Assembly: GCA_030647005.1 (NCBI GenBank)
Contig: JAUSKG010000034.1
Location: forward strand, 4,050 to 68,049
Source: a bacterium
Lineage (GTDB): Bacteria > Patescibacteriota > Patescibacteriia > JACPHY01
Length of the DNA: 64,000 bases
Reading direction: 5' to 3'
Each line of letters opens with the position of its first letter. Positions within the stretch are counted from its first letter, which is position 1. Below the pieces are notes generated by a model that made no database searches, had not been told where the DNA came from, and saw nothing but the letters and a program-made list of their open reading frames with translations. The translations under genes and the position numbers were made by a program. Shown here piece by piece: positions 46,601 through 55,475 of the stretch.

Positions 46601-48618
46601 GCGTTGTCGTCTCGTGTCTCCTCGAGGAGTACCGCACCCGCATCGAGCGCGATGCGAAACTGCGTCGCGCCCGCCGGACGGTTGACGAGGTACGTCGCGA
46701 GCGGTTCATCGTGTGCAGTCGAGAACATGCGACCGGTGGTGTAGGACGCGACGGCGTGCGCGGAGCGTAGGGTGACCCGCTCGAACGGCGCAACGTGTTC
46801 CACCGCAATGGAGCGCGGCGCACCGAGGCGCCCACCCGCAGCGTCGAGCCACTGGAGCTCGATGGCAAACGGCGTCATGATGACGGTCGCGCTGGTGTTG
46901 TGGTACGAAAAGGTGAGCGCGCCATCGGCAATGGTGGGTGCGATGATCTGGAGATTGGGGAGTGCAAACGGGATCGCAAGCGTATTGTTCTCCTCGTTCG
47001 CCTCGGCAATCGCACCTCCTTCGTCAAGGACCATCTGGAGCAGGGTTGCATCCGCCGGACGATCGGCGAGAAACGCGCTCAGCAACAACGGCTCCGCGCG
47101 CTTGAACATGCGCCCACGCGTCCGCTCGACGGTCGTTGTTGCCGCGTCCACAAACGTGGAGGAGCCGGCAGCACTGCCGACGCGCACCATCGCAACGGCA
47201 TCCTGCACCGCACCCTCCGCGTTCACCCATTGGAACAGTACTTGGTACGCATCAGCAATCGTACCGCCGACGTTGCGGTACACCATCATCGCACGTTCCG
47301 GCGTGATGTCGTAGGACTCAGCAATGAGATCGGGCTGTGGTTCGGGTTCCGGCTCAGACACATCCTCTGGTGGTGGCGCAATCGGCTCGCCATCCTCAGG
47401 AGGGAGGAGCACGACGTCATCGGGCGTTTCCAAAAGAGGTGGCGACACCACAACCGGCACGTCTTCAGGCGCGGCAACGATCTCCGGCCCGCAGCTGCAA
47501 CAGAACAACCCATCGCTGCCATTGCGCGTCGTGATGGTGTGCAGGGTGCCACACGCCTGCGCACACTGATCGTAGGAGGTAAACTCGTCCGGTTCGCACG
47601 CAACGACGCACGCGTAGCACGTCGCCGCGGTCGTCGCGTCACGAACGCAACGCTCGTTCGCGTCACCGCACATTCCACCACAAGTATCATTGGTGAATCC
47701 CGGGCACGATGGTGCTTGTGGCACTTCCGATGGCGACACCGGAACGGGAGTGACGGTCGGCGTACCGCTTGCCGGACGCAATCGCGCAGCGACCCGTCCA
47801 AAAAAACCACGCGGCGGATCGGGAGCCGGCACGGCAACACCGACGAATGCCGGGGCTGCTGCTTCCACTCCCGGGGCCGCAACCGCATCGGGGACGGATG
47901 GTGCCGGAGCAAAAGCATCCTGTTCTGGCACGCCCGAGACAACAGGGATCGTGCGTTCGAGCACTCGCTCGGGAGCGGGTGTCACCACCGGCACCGCATC
48001 AACTCCACCACTCGATACGCGCGCAGGCGGAGCGAACGGAGCTGGCGTGGAGACGGGGACGGGAACCGGCGCGGGTGGCGCGGTCGCGGTGGGTGCGGAT
48101 TCCGGTTGCGCAAGAGCCGGTGTTGGCACGGATGCGAGACGATCGAGAATCTGTTCGGCGATGACCGAGCGATCCGCATCGCCGCCCTGTTCCGGTGCGG
48201 TGAGCTGCGCCGCGATGGACGTAAACACCCGGGTCTGCTGCGCGAGCTGCGTCGTCACCGCCGCATCAATCGCATCGGCGGTGCCATCCACTCCCGATAC
48301 ATCGGCCTGCTCCTGCGCGAGCTGCACATATCGCTGCGCGATCACCTGCACGACGAGCACACGCTCCGGTGCGCGCTCCGCGATCACCTGCGCCTCCTCC
48401 ACCTTCTCCTGTGCGTAGCGGAGCGCACGCGCGGCCTTCTTCTCCGGATTGATCGTCAGCGCGAGCGCGACGCGCTCGAACGTGAGATCGAAGAAATAAA
48501 AACGGCTCGCCGGCGTGAGGCCGGCAGCCGCGTGTGCTGCGCTCGGGACGAGCAATACGAACGCTGCGATGAACGTCAGCACTGCCTGTCGCGCGCGCAC
48601 GACGGTGAGCTTATCCAT
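40597..48618 (-). CDS. giant surface protein (~2670 aa): DUF5667-like N-terminus, Pro-rich and Cys-rich segments, about 14 CARDB-like repeats, (PE)n linker, PKD-like domains
   Basis: Start MDKLTVVRARQAVLTFIAAFVLLVPSAAHAA (signal/TM) then TINPEKKAARALRYAQEKVEEAQ (DUF5667-like). The Cys cluster is CPGFTNDTCGGMCGDANERC...CYACVVACEPDE. ~110-aa repeats each carry VxNxGxxxA...W.D..G patterns. A PEPEPEPEPEPEPEP linker follows. The PKD-like domain includes TATVDPASGPAPLSATYHAAITGGRKPYTVSWRFADG. The last ~30 codons read through dispersed repeats, so the true stop may be earlier. Confidence 0.75.
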   Translation of the reverse strand: MDKLTVVRARQAVLTFIAAFVLLVPSAAHAAAGLTPASRFYFFDLTFERVALALTINPEKKAARALRYAQEKVEEAQVIAERAPERVLVVQVIAQRYVQLAQEQADVSGVDGTADAIDAAVTTQLAQQTRVFTSIAAQLTAPEQGGDADRSVIAEQILDRLASVPTPALAQPESAPTATAPPAPVPVPVSTPAPFAPPARVSSGGVDAVPVVTPAPERVLERTIPVVSGVPEQDAFAPAPSVPDAVAAPGVEAAAPAFVGVAVPAPDPPRGFFGRVAARLRPASGTPTVTPVPVSPSEVPQAPSCPGFTNDTCGGMCGDANERCVRDATTAATCYACVVACEPDEFTSYDQCAQACGTLHTITTRNGSDGLFCCSCGPEIVAAPEDVPVVVSPPLLETPDDVVLLPPEDGEPIAPPPEDVSEPEPEPQPDLIAESYDITPERAMMVYRNVGGTIADAYQVLFQWVNAEGAVQDAVAMVRVGSAAGSSTFVDAATTTVERTRGRMFKRAEPLLLSAFLADRPADATLLQMVLDEGGAIAEANEENNTLAIPFALPNLQIIAPTIADGALTFSYHNTSATVIMTPFAIELQWLDAAGGRLGAPRSIAVEHVAPFERVTLRSAHAVASYTTGRMFSTAHDEPLATYLVNRPAGATQFRIALDAGAVLLEETRDDNAAVVHLPLPDLAITEAGFVGGDAGAFAARVSNIGTTRIGSAFHVAFQWLDGERQPLGSPRSIAYPALDAGATTGISSATSTVSYRSGLLRSMETQSLAAFLTDRPDGAAFLRVALDSAGTLDESDELNNIAVLDAPALPPPPPQPSALADLTIVGASLTADDLVFTVQNDGAGATDGARVRADIVWRTADRQATGQRYFVDLAPIVAGGRITLHARDVQVSYEFRGGWWGRTQVSTIALTEVLRMPPRDATHLHLTLDPDHVIRETNDGNNAVLLERPRADLRIADAHLVDASLTFAVVNDGPGITGGDVSVGLLWLDGSGTPIPGGERVLTMLPIAPGTSARMSAADTMLSFAYANHRPQPSSQSLAQFLQQRPSTATALRITADVTDAIPERDEEHNIVTLPLPLPDLQLVAAATGIEASGDTFRITIANRGAARATPATLTLQWVDAAGGVLGTPTVTRGTGFLSPGATEVRTLRYDGYGYDERSLALSPTGAAALRVTIDAGNAIAESSEENNSADVAARRKLADLVVRDVAVTRDGATFTVTNVGDAPAGDREGRIRIAVHFAGSYGRYWLDTAALASGASRTFTAATTTLTSPLWTATGLAQEQTPLAGLLADPPANASGLEITADPEHVLREHDEQNNTARAALVIVQQPDLEFGEPALGMDSFSATLWNKGKQDVQAFVWEFAWLDAEGTVVGASVRVDGPQLSSRSGRSIIIERGVGRAGELLASPPDAARTLRVTMDPDHAIAEKNEENNRVTFDRPDRSALPDLTITGVPKLFTNADGDIYGLDVRNVGEIASPVFFWSMQWADASGTLLGAPYIGRGDGLQKQFLHRYQLLFAYKDSGYGPEVQFFKDPPAGATQIRFTVDPAGKLTEADESNNTFDVPFAGAPLSDLKANLISVTDDERLIVNMQVEGTVPAPAYTWELAWLDASGARIAVPPYRQPHDAQRAGSFYAMMSDVGDRTGTPRPFGEYVLDPPTGAAGIELIVDPDNRIAEEREDNNRLTSDRWPLGVADLAIADAALTDAGLRLVVRNDGAVRTVGTSATIAWLDRDGTVLAEETRDFMGLSRGAAKDLGTIGWTGYYANFIAAPPVHAMQLRIVVDPKDAVTEANEQNNARVLTRPVVAPEPEPEPEPEPEPEPEPVTIGPDLVMVRVVASPAVPMTGQAVSFTATIRNSGSADVAATTAWLVVDLNNDGVPDAFPSTEALPTLAKAAEGTITWADAWEATSGNHAFEVCIDVNKEIAESDESNNCKQVTLTIARLPAETATRIASRARDTVGTILGALTGATQVGAAALPDLLLSSAAWEEDGTLAFVVRNDGDAEAPSSTLQLAWVDDRVVPLGAVRTLTLHALAAGDAKSLGTGLLSVTYRERFLLIFTRHRTENLAVFLAHPPAGATHLRIVADGDGRIAEQHELNNVATLPVPVASVQAEQPPLPNLRAVSATYADDARAVTVTVVNDGAAIGDIGVPLSYWFTWTDTLGLSVGAVRFWHDAPAQAFAPGDPQTITFAGDLGATFFPHRGSGAGQTFPQFLRTVPSGAVELLITVDGPNAIVEVNESDNDVTITIPEEAEGRIPEPAVPPREPTIVDEPELVTDVPEEPSSPKEAGVITPDIAPVAERTPVVRVAPLAVTATVDPASGPAPLSATYHAAITGGRKPYTVSWRFADGVVGASPTIQRRFDAGGLIAATVQVRDADGREAQARTTLAVFEPDRPVDLAILDLSVDESGALRIILTNRGGVISPAFTWRLQWRGGSGLPLGQHYLRTQDALEPDWRFQMTSAIPDTVGLPRPLGVYATTPPEGAAILELTVDPNDAIAELDELNNRAVLSAWRSMVGLNTMPVAHAGEDQTVRDDDGDGVVTVTLDGSRSRDADGSIARLRWRVGREYIGSGAQLEYAAPIGTTSVILEVVDNGGASAADTVQIIVEPSSPKTSDARETDVVAVADAPESVGITAIIPSAWADIARSLTLPRQLQGEPGWEGVNPSPTETHNATME

Positions 48619-48637
48619 AGCGTATTTTTCATCTCCA

Positions 48638-49468
48638 TCATAGCACACGCGAGAGAAGAGCGGCGATAATCGTGAGCATGCCGATGACGATGACGAACAC
48701 GCCGAGGTTCACGCGACGGGTGAACGCCATGAACGCGTGGATCGTCGCAATCCCGAACGCAAACGAGGTGAGGAGGCCCCAGAGCAGCGTCGCATCGAAC
48801 GGTGCGCCGTTGCGGAGCAGCACGAGGTTCCCCGCAAACACGATGGGGATGGACATGAGGAACGACAGGCGGAGCGCCTGCTGCCCATCGAACTTCCGGA
48901 GGAGGAGCGCCATGATCGTGAGGCCGGAGCGCGAGAGCCCGGGGAGCACCGCAAATCCCTGCATGACCCCGAGGAGCACCGTGTCGAACAGCGTGATCCG
49001 TTGACGCGGCACCGCCGCGGCCTGCCGCTTGCGCGCGGACAGGAGCATGGCGCCCGTGGCGATGAGGAACACCCCGATCGCACCCACGATCACCCGAATC
49101 GTCGCCGCGCCGCTCGTGGAGCCAATCACCTGGATCGCGCGGCCAAACCCCTCGAGGAGCACGAGCCCGAGCGCACCGGAGATGAGCGTTGTCCCGATGA
49201 GGAACCAGAGCAGGTCTCGAGACGCGCCTCGCTCCCGACGCGTAATGACACGCCCGAGCTCCCGCAGGAGCTCGCCGACATCCCGCCGGAAGTACACGAT
49301 GGCCGCAACCATCGTCCCAAAGTGGAGCATGAGTGCCACGTCAATGGACTCCCGCACATCCGTGTGGCCAAAGAGCACCGTGCGCGCGAGCACGATCATC
49401 CCGTCCGAGGAGATCGTGATCCACTCCGTCATTCCCTGAATGGCACCGAGCACGAGTGCTTCGAGCAT
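48638..49468 (-). CDS. uppP: undecaprenyl-diphosphate phosphatase (BacA/UppP)
   Basis: GAIQGMTEWITISSDGM and PGLSRSG motifs are present. 276 aa with 8 TM helices. Confidence 0.9.
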   Translation of the reverse strand: MLEALVLGAIQGMTEWITISSDGMIVLARTVLFGHTDVRESIDVALMLHFGTMVAAIVYFRRDVGELLRELGRVITRRERGASRDLLWFLIGTTLISGALGLVLLEGFGRAIQVIGSTSGAATIRVIVGAIGVFLIATGAMLLSARKRQAAAVPRQRITLFDTVLLGVMQGFAVLPGLSRSGLTIMALLLRKFDGQQALRLSFLMSIPIVFAGNLVLLRNGAPFDATLLWGLLTSFAFGIATIHAFMAFTRRVNLGVFVIVIGMLTIIAALLSRVL

Positions 49469-49523
49469 AGGAATTCATCTGTAAGATTCCCTCGCGTTGT
49501 TTTACACGCTGCATCTCCCTCTC

Positions 49524-49675
49524 GTCATTTCGAGCGGAGTGAGCGCGCGGGCGAACGAAGCCGAGAAATCTCACGTTCTATGGGAAAACTTCACACCAGA
49601 GAGATCTCTCCGCTCTCTGTTGCGGAGCCTGCCCTGAGCGAGTCCGCGAGTCGAACGGGGTCGAGATGACGAAAC
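49524..49675. repeat. palindromic element of the TCATTTCGAG subfamily (intergenic, 152 nt)
   Basis: GTCATTTCGAGCGGAGTGAGCG...GAGAAATCTC...GAGATCTCTC...GGTCGAGATGACGAAAC. Its termini are related to the GTCATTGCGAG family. Confidence 0.7.
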
Positions 49676-49833
49676 ATATTGGATTAGGATATCCATCCTA
49701 CCACAGACGCTTGACAACCGGACGACAACCTGGTACCTTGCATGTAGCGATGCGCAGCGCGCATCGGCTGGAACTCGGCTCATTCCAACAGTGCTACCGC
49801 GATGCGGTGGCACAGAGCGAAAGGATGGAACCC

Positions 49834-51555
49834 ATGGCAGAGCCATGCAGGTACGCAGCACCCGATTCCTACACCGACCTCACGGAGGCCCTCCGCGAGC
49901 GCCCCTGGCGGCCGCCGCATGACGCACAGAGACGCGAGCGCCCCAGCGGACTCACGGAGTTCTTCGCGCGATTCGCAGACCCGCAGACGAGCGAAATCGA
50001 GTCGTGCGATCTCATCGAGCGCATTGACATCACCGCGGACGCTGCGGGGAGAAATCTCTCCACCATGACGGGACGCAACCTGCGCCTCGCCATCGTGGAG
50101 TTCCTCTGCGACATCGGCAGCGAACTACCGAACTCCAGGGAGTCGGGCCTGACGCGCGGGATCGCGCGCAAGACGCTCGCAACGCGCATTGCGCCGATCC
50201 TCGTGCAGGGGACGGAGCACCTCCAGACACTCGTGACGCTCGCTTCGTTCTACAGCGCGCAACCGTTTGCCGGGAGTGGCCGCGTGTACGTCTCGGAGCT
50301 CTCCGAACCGGAGCAGCGCATCGTCTGCGACATGCTCGAGCGTGCGTACGAAGAGCTGCGGCGGCACTACCGCCACCCCTCCTCGGATACAAACGTCGAG
50401 GCAGACGCTTTCCACGCCATGCGCTGGCTCAATACGCTCTTCTCCTCCCAGCGCTGGTGGGACTCCCTCGCGCATGTGCGCGCCATCGAGGCGGTCCCTG
50501 ACCTCTACAGCGCGGTGCAGAGCATCGCACGATACCACCTCCCGCCACTGCAGTTCCCGTGGTGGGAAGTCGAGCTGCTCCGTCGCAATGGCCAGCTCAC
50601 GGACCATGCGTTCATCGCGTCCCATCATGAAGACCTCCGTGATGACCTCGTTGCCCTCCTCATCGCAACCAGCCAATGCGAGGTCATCGGCAGGCTCGCT
50701 GCGATGCTCGTGTCCGATATAGAGGATGTGCACCCGGGCATCATCACCGGCACCGCGCCACCATCGGAGACGCCTCCGCGCATCGAATCGGGAGAGCACC
50801 CGCACGCGGTCGCCGAGCCGCCCGCACTCCTCCCGCCCACGTTCGAGGAACGCATGGCGCTCTGGACGGAAAACCTGCCGCCGCTCGTCACCGAGCTCCG
50901 CGCGCTCCTCGATGACGAGGCGTTCGCGCGATGCGTGAACTACGCTGTGGACGCTCGCTCGGGCTTTCGTCGCCACGAGCTCACCGCGCTCACGTCGCTG
51001 AAAATCATCGCGTGGTCCCGCCTGACGGACTACGCGTACGCATGGCCTGCGTTTCTCCGGCTCCTCCAGGAAGACGCATTGAACAACGACTTCTGGTACG
51101 ATGCGTGGAGGCTCAAGTGGCTCGATGTTGCGGGCTTCGCATCGCGCGTCACACTGAGCGAGGAGCGCCTCGCCTTCGCCGCCACGTTCCTCGCTTCGAC
51201 GCACAGCACGGCATCGCCACTGGACCTCCTCGCGACCTACGCGACGCTCACCGAAATCGTCGGGAAGGAGGAGCTCGACCGACGCGTGCCGGAAGTCGCT
51301 GCGGTTGTCGCCGCATCCTGGGACGACATCGCGGAAACGGTCCTGGCACTGGTGCCCGTGAGTTCTTTCGTCGCGGCGGGCAATGCCATGTGCGTGCAGC
51401 CCGCCGGCAGCACCGCCATCACCATCGCTCCCGCTGTCTGGACGGTGGTCCGAGAACAATACCAAAAGGCCCTCCATCCGAAACGCACGCTCGACCTCCT
51501 CCAAGCATCGGCCATCCTCCGGGCCGCCCACTACCTCACCGTGACGCGCACGTAG
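49834..51555 (+). CDS. hypothetical helical protein (paralog 1 of tandem pair)
   Basis: Start MAEPCRY, 9 nt after an AAAGGA SD. Shares blocks with the next gene: LRERPWR, FADPQTS/FADFRTS, IVEFLCDIGSE/IIAFLTDIGCES, LERAYEELRRHYR/LERVYHELREHRR, HVRAIEAVPDLY/RVRAVTAVPLLY. Confidence 0.5.
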   Translation: MAEPCRYAAPDSYTDLTEALRERPWRPPHDAQRRERPSGLTEFFARFADPQTSEIESCDLIERIDITADAAGRNLSTMTGRNLRLAIVEFLCDIGSELPNSRESGLTRGIARKTLATRIAPILVQGTEHLQTLVTLASFYSAQPFAGSGRVYVSELSEPEQRIVCDMLERAYEELRRHYRHPSSDTNVEADAFHAMRWLNTLFSSQRWWDSLAHVRAIEAVPDLYSAVQSIARYHLPPLQFPWWEVELLRRNGQLTDHAFIASHHEDLRDDLVALLIATSQCEVIGRLAAMLVSDIEDVHPGIITGTAPPSETPPRIESGEHPHAVAEPPALLPPTFEERMALWTENLPPLVTELRALLDDEAFARCVNYAVDARSGFRRHELTALTSLKIIAWSRLTDYAYAWPAFLRLLQEDALNNDFWYDAWRLKWLDVAGFASRVTLSEERLAFAATFLASTHSTASPLDLLATYATLTEIVGKEELDRRVPEVAAVVAASWDDIAETVLALVPVSSFVAAGNAMCVQPAGSTAITIAPAVWTVVREQYQKALHPKRTLDLLQASAILRAAHYLTVTRT

Positions 51556-51775
51556 CGTCCCACACCCCCGCGCTCCGACATCACGTCGGAGCGCTTCTCA
51601 TTTGGACACGCAGCACTTGACGATACCGCGCCGTCGTGCTACGATCTCGCTGGTGATGCGCATGGGGCGCATCACACCGCACGCTGCCCAACGAGGGCCG
51701 CGCGCGGCGTTCATTGCACATGCTCCTAGGCACTGCCCGAGAACGGCGATGCGGAGAAGGAGCGAGGAGCGCACC

Positions 51776-53188
51776 ATGAGTACTCGAGTTGAGGGTTGGA
51801 TCGAAAAGGTACTACGCGAACGGCCGTGGCGCAATGCGCAGCAGGGTCGGCGCGCAGCTGGCGAGGGTCTCATATACCTGTTCAGCGAGTTCGCCGACTT
51901 CCGCACGTCGGGACATGCCGCGCGCGGACTCGTACAGGGCGTCGTACTCGCGACCGGCGAGCACGGGAGATGGGCGCGGCGCGACACACAGGAGGGTAGG
52001 GACGCTCGCGAAGCAATCATCGCGTTCCTCACGGACATCGGGTGCGAGAGTCCCCTGAAAGGACCGGAACATGATGAAGACGTGCGTCGGACGGCGCGCC
52101 TGACGCTCGCGAAGCACGTATGCCCGCTCATCGCCCGTCCGTCCGATGTTTTTGGGCAAGGACCGCAACCAGAGAACCTCGGGACGCTCACACGACTCGT
52201 CGCGTTCTACGGTGCACTCGCGTGCGAGGGAGGACTCCCGCGAGACGACGGTGGTTGGGGGCATGAGCTCACCGGCAAGAACCTCCGAAACGTCCTGGAG
52301 TGCCTCGAGCGCGTGTACCACGAGCTCCGCGAGCACCGGCGCGAAGACGTCCCCACGTCCCCTGCCGAATCTCGCGAGGTGATGCTTGCTTGCTGGGAAC
52401 TCGACGAGCTCCTCGTGGACCGCGCCTGCTGGGACATCCTCTCGCGCGTTCGTGCGGTGACCGCCGTTCCACTGCTGTACGCTGCACTCCTACGGCTCTC
52501 CTCCACGCCGGAGGACACGAGCACTCCCGTCCGAGTCGCGCCGTCGCTCCTATTCAACTGGTCCGATATCGAGCACCTCCGACACGACGGAATACTCAAG
52601 GACCGCAGTATCGCACAGACTTTGCGTGTGGTGCTCCACCACGACATCGTCGCGATCATGCAGGTGACCGGATCATCCCTCGATCCGGACGCCGACCAGC
52701 AGCTGCTCGCGCACCACGGTGACGTGCTCCGGGGTCTCCGGCAGCTCCTCCTCGAGCTCACCGCGACGTTCGTGCGCGAGATCGAGACCGCGTGCCCGGG
52801 CGTGCTCTCCGACATCGCGCCGCCACCCGAGGCGCCGGCCCGCAGCGATCCCCCAGAAATGGGGAGCGCCACGGGTGCGTGCGACGCCATCATCGAGCAG
52901 CTCAAGGATATGGTCCTGCGGCACACGCGCGACACCCGCGCGCTCAACACCGCGTTCCACCAGGGCGACCGCACCAACGAGGAGCTCCAAACGTGGTCGG
53001 ACCAGCTCAAAGAGCTCCGACTCACGGCGCAGACCCAGCTCAACACCCTACTCGAGCTCCCCTGGGGCGGCGAGCGCGCTCGCTACATCGCGTTTCTCCG
53101 TGAGCTCCCGGAAGAGATCCTCACGCAAGGTGCGAAGACCATGATCCGCGCGGACGACACCGCGCCACACGAAACGCCCGCAGGATGA
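51776..53188 (+). CDS. hypothetical helical protein (paralog 2 of tandem pair)
   Basis: Start MSTRVEGWIEKVLRERPWR with an AGGAGCGAGGAG SD. The track ORF starts 58 codons upstream. Confidence 0.5.
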   Translation: MSTRVEGWIEKVLRERPWRNAQQGRRAAGEGLIYLFSEFADFRTSGHAARGLVQGVVLATGEHGRWARRDTQEGRDAREAIIAFLTDIGCESPLKGPEHDEDVRRTARLTLAKHVCPLIARPSDVFGQGPQPENLGTLTRLVAFYGALACEGGLPRDDGGWGHELTGKNLRNVLECLERVYHELREHRREDVPTSPAESREVMLACWELDELLVDRACWDILSRVRAVTAVPLLYAALLRLSSTPEDTSTPVRVAPSLLFNWSDIEHLRHDGILKDRSIAQTLRVVLHHDIVAIMQVTGSSLDPDADQQLLAHHGDVLRGLRQLLLELTATFVREIETACPGVLSDIAPPPEAPARSDPPEMGSATGACDAIIEQLKDMVLRHTRDTRALNTAFHQGDRTNEELQTWSDQLKELRLTAQTQLNTLLELPWGGERARYIAFLRELPEEILTQGAKTMIRADDTAPHETPAG

Positions 53189-53368
53189 CCGGCCTCCTCC
53201 CGCGCTCCTGAACTCCCCTCACGATTGACGCCCCGATCCCAACGGATCGGGGCGTTCTCCATGACGGGGACGCACCTTGACCATCGCGCCCATCACTGAT
53301 ACGGTGGAACGTGGTGCGTCGAATGGCGCATCCGCGTTCGTTCACAACACAATCTGAGGAGGTGTACC

Positions 53369-54133
53369 GTGGAACGCGAGAGCAGAAAAGTATTCCTGGC
53401 GAGCGCACTCGGAGCGGGCGTCGGCTCGCTCGTGGCGCTCGAGGTACAGGTAGCACTCTGGTGGATCGGCATCATCGCGGGTGGCGCCGTCGGCTACCTC
53501 TCCTACGAGTGGCGCACCGTCGTCGCGACGGCACCGCGCGCGTGGCGCGACGCGAAGGCATGGAGGTCGCCCGCGGACTTCTGGGTCGTGTTCCCGCTCG
53601 CGATGCTCATCGGCACCTCGATGACGGCACTCCTCATCATGGGCATGGTGGGAATGCTGGCCGTAAGCAGCGTCATCTCCGGTGAACTTTCCTGGTGGAC
53701 GACACCCATGGGAACTGTTGATGGCGCGATCCGCACGATGGTCTGTGGCGCGATCCTGTCGTCCATCTTCGGGCTCATCATCGCACTTGACCCCGTCGCA
53801 AACCGCGATCACGAACTCCGCATCCTCCGAACACCGACGGCAAAAAGGATGCTCTGGTACGTATTCCCACCGATCTTCCTCTGCTACCACCTCCCAAAGT
53901 TCGTACTCCGTGAGTGCGCCGCTGCCGTCCGCTTCCTCGCGCGCTTCATCCGCGAGCTCTCCATCCGCATCTTCTCGGAGCGACGACTCACCTGCGGCGT
54001 GTGCGTGATGCTCGGCGCGGCCGCGGGGCACTTCTTCGGCTTCGTGCTCATCGGCGCGTTCGCCGGCGGCATCTTCGGCCTCGCAACCCACGAGCTCATC
54101 GCCCGTCGCGTGCTGCGGGTGAATGCTCGCTGA
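53369..54133 (+). CDS. polytopic membrane protein, hypothetical (GTG start)
   Basis: GAGGAGG SD 6 nt before the GTG. ~6 TM helices. Confidence 0.45.
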   Translation: MERESRKVFLASALGAGVGSLVALEVQVALWWIGIIAGGAVGYLSYEWRTVVATAPRAWRDAKAWRSPADFWVVFPLAMLIGTSMTALLIMGMVGMLAVSSVISGELSWWTTPMGTVDGAIRTMVCGAILSSIFGLIIALDPVANRDHELRILRTPTAKRMLWYVFPPIFLCYHLPKFVLRECAAAVRFLARFIRELSIRIFSERRLTCGVCVMLGAAAGHFFGFVLIGAFAGGIFGLATHELIARRVLRVNAR

Positions 54134-54164
54134 ACAACAACCACGGCAACGAGAGGAGCAATCC

Positions 54165-54893
54165 ATGATCCAAACGACAACCTCGCAGCAGATCATCGAG
54201 GAGAACGAGGAACGCCTGCTCGCGTGCATGCCGGAGGACGCACTTCTCGATGCAGTGAACAACTACCTCCTCCGAGAGCAAGCGCGGTACACGGAGGAGC
54301 GCGCGATGCCGATAACGGCCGCTCAACGGTACGTCCGAAAGCAACTCGAACCCGAGATCGTGGCGCGGTTCGGCGATGTCGGACGTGCGGCCATTCGGTA
54401 CATCGTGCAAGCCGTGGGCATGGTCGAACGGGGCCTTCAGCCCACGATCGTAGAGGTCATCGCCGAGAGCTCCCTCGCGCGAAAAGAAATCCTCCAGTCC
54501 TGGCTCGGCGTGCTCCACGCCATCGCGACGGAGACCCCCAACACGATCTCCGGAACCATCGGGCTCGACGCGCTCCTCTTTCCGGAAGGTGACGACACCG
54601 AACCGCTCAGCGGCCCGGTGCTCGGCGCGGCCCACGATGCGTACCCGCACGCGCACACCTGGCGCGCTGTGCTCCTCACGGCCACCCAGCACTGCACGCT
54701 CGACCACGAAGCTGTGCTGCGCGTCTGGCAACTGTTCGCGCACAACTGCACGGTCATGATCGCAGAACACGAGCAGCGCAACCCGCAGAGCGGCGGCTTC
54801 CTCCTCCATCGCACCACCACCCACGAGTACGCGCTGCGCTACCACGCGGAGCGCAGCCGCTGCGCCCTCCACTGGCGCGTCTACCGTCCCTGA
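54165..54893 (+). CDS. hypothetical protein
   Basis: Start MIQTTTSQQ with a GAGAGGAG SD. 242 aa. Confidence 0.45.
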   Translation: MIQTTTSQQIIEENEERLLACMPEDALLDAVNNYLLREQARYTEERAMPITAAQRYVRKQLEPEIVARFGDVGRAAIRYIVQAVGMVERGLQPTIVEVIAESSLARKEILQSWLGVLHAIATETPNTISGTIGLDALLFPEGDDTEPLSGPVLGAAHDAYPHAHTWRAVLLTATQHCTLDHEAVLRVWQLFAHNCTVMIAEHEQRNPQSGGFLLHRTTTHEYALRYHAERSRCALHWRVYRP

Positions 54894-55035
54894 ACACCCA
54901 AACGCCTCGCTGGCCCACCGGCCACCGAGGCGTTTTCCTTTGCGTGCAAACCGCCTACGCGACGTTTGACAAACGTCGCAGGATGTGGTATCGTGATGTC
55001 ATCATCATGCAACACGCACACTGGAAAGGAGGTGC

Positions 55036-55392
55036 ATGATGCCGTTCATCGAAGTACGAAACTGGCCGTGTCACAAGACGGAGGAATGGCAGATGAGCAT
55101 GGCAAACGCACTCCGCAGTGCAGCCGTGGAGGCTGCAGTGCCGGGCATCACGGCACCACATCTCGTCACGGTCACATTTGGCGGGAGCGCGCTGATGGCA
55201 CTGCCCGACAACCAGACGGTCGGCATCATCGTGGACTTCCTCTTCGAGAAACCGGATCGCACGAAGGACGTCCTCAACCGACTCGCGGAGTGCCTCCACA
55301 TCGCCGCACGAGAGTACTTCCGTGATAGCTGGCGGATCGAAGTCATCGTCCGCCCCTTCAACACCGAGACCGGCGCGTACCGCACCGACTAG
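55036..55392 (+). CDS. hypothetical protein
   Basis: AAGGAGG SD; 118 aa. Confidence 0.4.
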   Translation: MMPFIEVRNWPCHKTEEWQMSMANALRSAAVEAAVPGITAPHLVTVTFGGSALMALPDNQTVGIIVDFLFEKPDRTKDVLNRLAECLHIAAREYFRDSWRIEVIVRPFNTETGAYRTD

Positions 55393-55475
55393 CTATCGGT
55401 GGCGCCACTCCACTCGCAACACGAAACGCCCGCGATCGCACCATGCGACTCGCGGGCGTTTTCCTTTCTGCAAAA

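Noticed and set aside
41038-46770. Many 100-600-aa plus-strand ORFs inside the giant gene (for example 44905..46770 and 46795..48669)
   Set aside because: All are antisense to a continuous 8-kb minus-strand ORF with a coherent repeat-domain architecture.
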